Shown: positions 62,340 to 64,000 of the stretch, one piece after another
Layout: each line of letters begins with the position of its first letter
Numbering within the stretch: position 1 is the stretch's first letter
DNA from: Porphyridium purpureum
Lineage: Eukaryota
Length of the DNA stretch: 64,000 nucleotides
Assembly: GCA_008690995.1 (NCBI GenBank)
Contig: VRMN01000003.1
Location: 868,001-932,000 of the forward strand
Direction: 5' to 3'
Notes under the pieces: model-generated
Databases searched by the model: none
Told to the model about the DNA's origin: nothing
The model's input: only the letters and a program-made list of their open reading frames with translations
Program-made: the position numbers and the translations under genes

Positions 62340-64000
62340 TGCGCGCGCGTTCTTCCCCCACGCCACGCCGACAACCACCTTGCTCGCAGAGTCCGTGTAC
62401 GACAAACATCAAGCCCCGTCAAACCTCTCAACCCGGGAAATCACGACCACGGTCCCTCGTCGGTGCGTGCACGAAGGCCCGCTCCCCGACCGAAAGCCCG
62501 TCGCTTCGGACCCTCAATCCCCAGCCCCAACCCGTCTGATGGCGATACGCAGCCCCCTTCCTCTCCGTTTTCTTGATGGGACGCTCGGGAGCAGTATCTC
62601 ACTGTCCGCCTCCGTCGCGCACCACTCGCCACGCTCCTCTGTCTCCTTGGTCCAAACTCGACGCTCGCCCACGCACCCCACTGCCTCCCCGGCGTGTATT
62701 GTCGTCGCGCCCCGACTCCAATCCCGCGCCCTTCCTGTCCTCCCCCCTTCTTTCCTCCGCTGCGCGTGTCGTTCACCAGCGGCTTCTTACCGCACCCTTA
62801 AGACTACCACCACCTTTTCGATCAAACTGCGCGGCGGTCGCCCGGCGCGTGCTCGGCCGCCACACGACGCGTGCCTGCTGCTCGTCGTGCGCTTTCGCTC
62901 CCGCCTTTCCCCAAACACGCGGCTGTGTTCACCCGCACGTCCTTTCAGCCCCCGCCCTCCACCACCGGTCGAATCCCCCTTTCAACACACCGCCCACCCA
63001 AAACCTACTCAACATACACCAACACACCAAACGCAAATCCGAAAAAGAAGAGAGCTCTTTCTGGCTTGGCACTCACAAACACTCGCTCACACAGACAAGG
63101 AGAACCGTAGCGCGGGTGGCTTGGCAGCAAGCAGTACCGCGATCGACTTGTCGTTCTGCGCTTTGCTCGCCAAGACGCGGACGCTCGCTCGCGCAGGGCG
63201 ACAAAAAGCAACACTAGAAGAGCCAGCGACCAGCGCTATCAACAGCGTGCTTGCATGCGTGAGACAGACACAGAGAGAGAGAGAATGTGTGTGTATGTTC
63301 GAACGTCGACCGAAAGCTGGATGAAGGGCGACGCGGGTGTCATGCTCGACTCGCGGAAAAAAGCGCACGTCCAAACTTCCGTCAGGTCGCATGATGCGAA
63401 AGCGATGTGTCAGTCACAGTCACCATCACCATTATCATGAGCCGTTGCTGCGGCGCACCCCGGCTCCCCCTCTCTGTTCAGGACGCAAAGCCGTCGAAAC
63501 AAAAAAGCTGCGTCTGCATTTGTGTGTTGTGGAGACGCAACCCGCAGCAATTCGTCGCACGGAGACGACACGGCGTGTGGCGCTGCGGCGCGCGGCTGAA
63601 CTTGCGTCGAACTGTCACGTGGTTGCCAATCAGGGTTACACACAAAAACGTGCACCTGGGCGGAAATGGCGGGCATCCCACCGAAACGTGCCCAACCGTG
63701 AGCTTTCTGCTCCACGTTGCGTCTATTCCCCTTTGGCTCACAGTCAAAATTCGGGGTTGTGGCGCGGGTGAGCGGGAGGACCGACTGGGTGCACGCCACG
63801 AAAGGATTTTTTGAGAACAGCAGGTTGCACGCGCGTGAGTGGAGATGGTCACGTGACATGGTGGGTGCGCGTCGGCGGTAGAAATAGAGATCGATCGTGG
63901 CGCAATTGTTTGGCACGCAACATACCCCAAGACTAATCCGCCGCGTTTCCCAGCACCTCGAACACGTTGGAGGCCACACACACGCGACAACGCTGTCATC

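Noticed and set aside
61759..63324. 521-aa + strand ORF
   Set aside because: Antisense shadow of PP2A-B56 running into low-complexity upstream DNA, with no domain motifs.
62406..64000. Short ORFs upstream of PP2A-B56
   Set aside because: Low-complexity, microsatellite-containing sequence with no protein motifs; probably 5' UTR and promoter.

Overview
This is gene-dense eukaryotic nuclear DNA with about 40 protein-coding genes that read as single uninterrupted ORFs. Cytosolic RPL12, YKT6, SLY1, p24 and PP2A-B56 sit alongside plastid-targeted OHP2, Deg1, CtpA and a PPR protein with 'MAF...'-type transit peptides. That profile points to an intron-poor unicellular red alga resembling Porphyridium; this is inference, not a database result. 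I found no mobile element, CRISPR array or rRNA. Family calls come from motifs I recognised by eye, and start codons were mostly reassigned to the first plausible ATG. The most interesting candidates are: (1) a bacterial-type Pol-beta nucleotidyltransferase fused to an intact JmjC dioxygenase; (2) an Atp1/CGL160-like ATP-synthase assembly domain fused to guanylate kinase; (3) a secreted Lys/Tyr-rich protein with a mirror-symmetric, disulfide-stapled hairpin design; (4) a standalone plastid-targeted FIST (NosP-like) protein; (5) a duplicated, degenerate hemerythrin-like protein; (6) dense TGTAC and telo-box motif clusters in divergent promoters.
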